Virus record (IMG/VR): IMGVR_UViG_3300010162_000373
Span: 68,865 to 132,864 of that record
Length of the DNA: 64,000 nucleotides
Strand: one strand, 5' to 3'
Source: a virus
Lineage: Duplodnaviria; Caudoviricetes
Position 1 is the stretch's first letter; the number at the start of each line of letters is the position of its first letter. Below are positions 60,887 to 64,000 of this stretch, piece by piece. Position numbers and translations under genes: made by a program. A model generated the notes under the pieces. It was not told where the DNA came from. It did no database searches and saw nothing but the letters and a program-made list of their open reading frames with translations.

Positions 60887-60955
60887 TTGACACCTCCATC
60901 AATAAAGGGTTTTCCTTCAACTTTTTATACCCCAAAACATAACATGTTTTTACGT

Positions 60956-60980
60956 AAAAAAAAGAGGAGCCGAAGCTCCT
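60956..60980 (-). terminator. Intrinsic terminator (cUUCGg loop)
   Basis: AGGAGC-TTCG-GCTCCT-cTTTTTTTT. Confidence 0.88.
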
Positions 60981-60986
60981 TGATGA

Positions 60987-61187
60987 CTAAAATGTTAGTG
61001 GTGTTAGTAGTTTTACTACTTCAGACATTCTAATCGCTTTGCCGTCAAAAACTTTGCGACCGTCTTCCGTGAGCCTCTCAGCCTCCTGACGAAGTTCCCT
61101 CTCTGCGGCAGCCTCACTATCAAAAGCTGCCAAGTACCAACTGACGCCATGACCGTCATCCAATTTGTGCATCATTAAGTAATCCAT
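60987..61187 (-). CDS. Hypothetical protein (accessory cassette)
   Basis: Start reassigned to MDYLMM after GAAAGGAA SD; 66 aa. Confidence 0.72.
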   Translation of the reverse strand: MDYLMMHKLDDGHGVSWYLAAFDSEAAAERELRQEAERLTEDGRKVFDGKAIRMSEVVKLLTPLTF

Positions 61188-61242
61188 GGTAATGTTCCTT
61201 TCCATTGTTAGAGCTAATGATTACCACTTTTTAATACCAGCT
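61188..61242 (-). promoter_or_regulatory. Promoter-leader cassette copy B
   Basis: Homologous to 51280-51331. Confidence 0.75.
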
Positions 61243-61255
61243 AAACTGCTGCTTT

Positions 61256-62059
61256 TTAACACCGACATATTTCCCTATCAATCCAAGCATCCCATTTCTC
61301 TTGATTTTGGGAATGAGTATGAGAGTGCAAAATCCCAGCCGTACCTATAGCACTCTCACTGTTGGTTCTCACATTAGAAATCCGCCTGGGATTTAACGCG
61401 GGAAAATTATGATTCCCAAAAAAAGAAAATAACCTACGAGCATAATCAATCCTTATATTTGAGCTAGCGTCTAGCTGAAGTGCCTGTATCAAGAATTGAT
61501 CATCCACAATATACTGTTGCATATTCTCCCTAAATTGCGGTCTTTTATTAAAGAACCTTACTATCGGATGATCGGCATTATTTCTGAACGCCTCATTTAA
61601 TTTGAAGGTCTCTTGCAGAAGATGAATTACTTCGTTTATCTCTCCGGCATACGTCCCAGTATTTGCATAGCCCTCGGAACCGTAGCCAGCCTCAATAAGA
61701 TACGCAAACTCTGGGTCGCTATATGGATGCAAATTAGCCGCAACCGCTGGTGCAAAGATTACACCGCCCTGATACGCAAGATTGAAGTCGTCTAGGATGT
61801 CTTGATGATTTTTGACAAAGACAACATCGCGGACATCGACAAAAAAAGCATATTTGAAGGTCGTGAGATTAGCTACAAGGTAATTATGTAGCTTGATGTA
61901 TTTCTGTAAGAAATTAATCCAAGGTTCTCCGTAAGAGATATATGTGAGCGGGATTTGAAAGTAGTCAGCTGTTCGTTGAATAGAGGCTGACATTTCTTGG
62001 GGATTGGGGTAATCACAGACAGTAGCAAATACTGTATTGTCCTTTGTTGCATAATGCAT
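61256..62059 (-). CDS. PLOD/procollagen GT-like glycosyltransferase domain protein
   Basis: FFVDVRDVVF (DxxD), YANTGTYAG, DDQ, IRIDY...F, ILH motifs; start reassigned to MHYATK. Confidence 0.72.
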   Translation of the reverse strand: MHYATKDNTVFATVCDYPNPQEMSASIQRTADYFQIPLTYISYGEPWINFLQKYIKLHNYLVANLTTFKYAFFVDVRDVVFVKNHQDILDDFNLAYQGGVIFAPAVAANLHPYSDPEFAYLIEAGYGSEGYANTGTYAGEINEVIHLLQETFKLNEAFRNNADHPIVRFFNKRPQFRENMQQYIVDDQFLIQALQLDASSNIRIDYARRLFSFFGNHNFPALNPRRISNVRTNSESAIGTAGILHSHTHSQNQEKWDAWIDREICRC

Positions 62060-62072
62060 CCAAGTATTATAG

Positions 62073-62705
62073 CTAACTTCTCGCCCACGAGCCAGCGAAG
62101 TGATGGATCGCGTAAGTATTGTCAGTAAAAGCCGCCATTTTATGTGTTCCCCAATCCATCGGACAAAAATACTCGCGAGGGAAGAGCGTAAAACCACAAA
62201 TAGTTTGCTTTTGACCGTTCAAAACAAGTCCGTGAGAAAGGCAAGCGGCGGTTATATCGGTAACATTTGTAGTTAAATCTAATGACCCATCTTCATTAAC
62301 AAACCGACGACTGGCATATCTTTCAAGTAGTTCTACAAAAAGAGGATGCCCTTTTTGACAACCCATAATTGCCGTAGGTATCTGCTTGTCGGACTCGAAA
62401 CCAGACACTGCTTCAAGATCCAAAAATACATCAATCGGTTTTATAAGTTCACAATCTGCATCCAGATAAATACCGCCATAATTGACAAGCGCCCAAAGGC
62501 GAACATAATCCGACACAAAAGCCCACATTTTTGACTCGTAGGCTTCTTTCGTGTACGCACTCAGATTTATATCAAAATTACTTTCATTCCACTCCTTGAT
62601 TTCGTAATCAGGACAAAACCTTTGCCAACTCTCAATACATCTCAGAGCCAAAGGAGGTAACGGGTTGCCGCCGAACCAACAATAATGGATTAATTTCGGG
62701 ATCAT
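62073..62705 (-). CDS. GT32 family (DxD) glycosyltransferase
   Basis: MIPKLIHYCWFGG, WAFVSDYVRL, GGIYLDAD, YAIHHFAGSW. Confidence 0.92.
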   Translation of the reverse strand: MIPKLIHYCWFGGNPLPPLALRCIESWQRFCPDYEIKEWNESNFDINLSAYTKEAYESKMWAFVSDYVRLWALVNYGGIYLDADCELIKPIDVFLDLEAVSGFESDKQIPTAIMGCQKGHPLFVELLERYASRRFVNEDGSLDLTTNVTDITAACLSHGLVLNGQKQTICGFTLFPREYFCPMDWGTHKMAAFTDNTYAIHHFAGSWARS

Positions 62706-62719
62706 ACTGTATCGACATT

Positions 62720-62857
62720 TTAACAAAAAGGAGGCGGTAACTGTACAACCCGACCTTCCGTCTGCTCTACATAAGCTGTGGATGCCGCATTAGACGTTGC
62801 TGTCGTTTCCGTAGCTAACTTCAAAATACCAGCTGGTACTTTACTTATTATTTTCAT
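62720..62857 (-). CDS. 45-aa peptide with K-x-A leader
   Basis: GGAG SD; MKIISKVPAGILKLA + Thr/Ser/Ala-rich core. Confidence 0.45.
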   Translation of the reverse strand: MKIISKVPAGILKLATETTATSNAASTAYVEQTEGRVVQLPPPFC

Positions 62858-63206
62858 AGCTCTCCGCCTCCGACTGATAACTACCTGCTTCACCGCCCGA
62901 CGAATTTCGACGACGATGGTGCTTCTCTGCGAGTGCGAGTAAAGACACCGCACCTCCTAATAATGCTGCGGATCGGAAGTTAGCTCCCTGATCCTGATTT
63001 GGCGGCGCATTAGACATAAACCCTAACCCAGCGCCTGCGCCGCCTCCAAGTAACCCGCCAAGAAGAATATTCCTACGTTTGTCGGTAAAAGAACCAGCAA
63101 CACCCCCGATTAACGCGCCAACACCACCACCAATAAGAGGACTCTGTAAATATAAATTTCGATCAAATGCTACCTTCTCTAAATACGCTTCACCGATTAT
63201 TTTCAT
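62841..63206 (-). CDS. Glycine-zipper putative internal head protein
   Basis: Leader MKIIGEAYLEKVA; GGGVGALIGG-DKRRN-GGLLGGGAGAGLG. Confidence 0.75.
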   Translation of the reverse strand: MKIIGEAYLEKVAFDRNLYLQSPLIGGGVGALIGGVAGSFTDKRRNILLGGLLGGGAGAGLGFMSNAPPNQDQGANFRSAALLGGAVSLLALAEKHHRRRNSSGGEAGSYQSEAESYENNK

Positions 63207-63234
63207 ACCGTAATTTTACTTCACCACTTTGACC

Positions 63235-63257
63235 AAAAAAAGGAGCCGTAAGGCTCC
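63235..63257 (-). terminator. Intrinsic terminator
   Basis: GGAGCC-ttac-GGCTCC + T7. Confidence 0.8.
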
Positions 63258-63299
63258 CTATGTTTCTTGTGCTACCTAACTGGCAAAGATCAATTAGTT

Positions 63300-63758
63300 T
63301 TAGTTTGCAAAGTTGCGCATGACATTTGCGGCTTCGGTGTCTCGCTTCAAGAGTGCCTGAATATACGCATCCCTCAATACGGAATTGTTGTTAGTTTTAC
63401 GTGCGTTACGTAAAATATCTGGTTCGATACTGCCAAAAGCATCTCGTAATTCCATATCGCCTAAATGATGTTGAAATTGTGGCCCATTTAATAAACCGTG
63501 TTCACTGGATGCCCAGCCTATACCGCCGCCCGCTAAACCGCCCAAGCCAGCACCTATTAATGCATTACGTCTTTTCTTTTTAGGATCTTCGGTCAAAAAA
63601 TATCCGCCTAACCCTGAACCTAATGCGCCGATTCCAGCACCTAAGCCAGCAGCTATTTCAGGCCGCTCTGTCCTAAAAATATCTCGCAAGCCAGCTGACG
63701 GTTTACTATTATTCAGCTGAAAAGTTAATCGTGTAGTTCTATCGGGAATATTTGACAT
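63300..63758 (-). CDS. Glycine-zipper putative internal head protein
   Basis: GLGAGIGALGSGLGG-EDPKKKRRN-GAGLGGLAGGGIG. Confidence 0.75.
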   Translation of the reverse strand: MSNIPDRTTRLTFQLNNSKPSAGLRDIFRTERPEIAAGLGAGIGALGSGLGGYFLTEDPKKKRRNALIGAGLGGLAGGGIGWASSEHGLLNGPQFQHHLGDMELRDAFGSIEPDILRNARKTNNNSVLRDAYIQALLKRDTEAANVMRNFAN

Positions 63759-63760
63759 CT

Positions 63761-64000
63761 CTATTTCATATTCCGTAGGATTGCTGCTAATTTTAGCTGG
63801 GCATCTTTAGTCTCTTCGTCAAATTGCCCTATTTTCATGTCCATTGGCGGAATAGGCATAACATTAGTTCCTGGAATACCAACTTCTTCTTCAAGTTGCT
63901 GCTTTTCAGAATCTCGCTTCTGCTGCTCAACAATCGCTCGGCTCATTTCAGCAGCATCTACAACACTTGGAGGAATTGGTATGTCGAGATGATTAAATAA
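63761..64000 (-). CDS. 3' part of a hypothetical protein truncated by the window edge
   Basis: Frame stays open upstream of the ATG at 63946 to the window end. Confidence 0.65.
   Translation of the reverse strand, partial: LFNHLDIPIPPSVVDAAEMSRAIVEQQKRDSEKQQLEEEVGIPGTNVMPIPPMDMKIGQFDEETKDAQLKLAAILRNMK

Larger units (their letters stand above)
1..64000 (-). mobile_element. Large myovirus-type bacteriophage genome segment (virion morphogenesis region)
   Basis: Co-oriented terminase, protease, capsid, sheath, tube, tape measure and baseplate genes; no bacterial housekeeping genes or att/integrase seen. Confidence 0.95.

Noticed and set aside
60699-60935. 78-aa ORF from the track
   Set aside because: Runs through a terminator and starts inside the promoter motif; an alternative frame (60740..60886) has a strong SD and a coherent membrane peptide
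62720-62857. AgrD-like autoinducer precursor
   Set aside because: Only superficial similarity; lacks the QP.xP tail, and no AgrB-like gene is present
1-64000. Stop codon reassignment
   Set aside because: Genes are long and tightly packed in code 11, and TAA, TAG and TGA all end genes at sensible junctions

Overview
This window is part of a large lytic-type tailed phage with a contractile tail (myovirus), read in genetic code 11 and almost entirely on the minus strand. In transcription order (high to low coordinates) it encodes: glycine-zipper proteins, two glycosyltransferases, prohead protease, scaffold-like proteins, a decoration protein, the major capsid protein, more glycine-zipper proteins, a neck protein, a radical SAM enzyme, a block of fibre/adhesin genes, tail terminator, sheath, tube, spike, a frameshifted tail chaperone pair, tape measure, baseplate hub/wedge/J, a collagen-like fibre, a tRNA-Met(CAT), the large terminase and an SPFH protein. 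I did not recognise a portal, integrase, polymerase or CRISPR array, and the host cannot be assigned. Main observations: (1) head-region proteins, but not tail proteins, are rich in a K-x-A motif, and a family of glycine-zipper hairpin proteins carries short leaders ending in K-x-A, suggesting a protease-activated capsid cargo system; (2) a TA(A/T/C)AAT hexamer lies 6-7 nt before 11 start codons and before the tRNA 5' end, suggesting leaderless late transcripts; (3) self-contained promoter-SD-gene-terminator cassettes with a second promoter motif encode small membrane peptides, two of them absent from the ORF track; (4) a 174-nt RNA hairpin has strand-specific G-U covariation; (5) a PLOD-like glycosyltransferase occurs together with a Lys-rich collagen fibre. 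All functional calls come from motif recognition and gene order by eye; no database searches were run.
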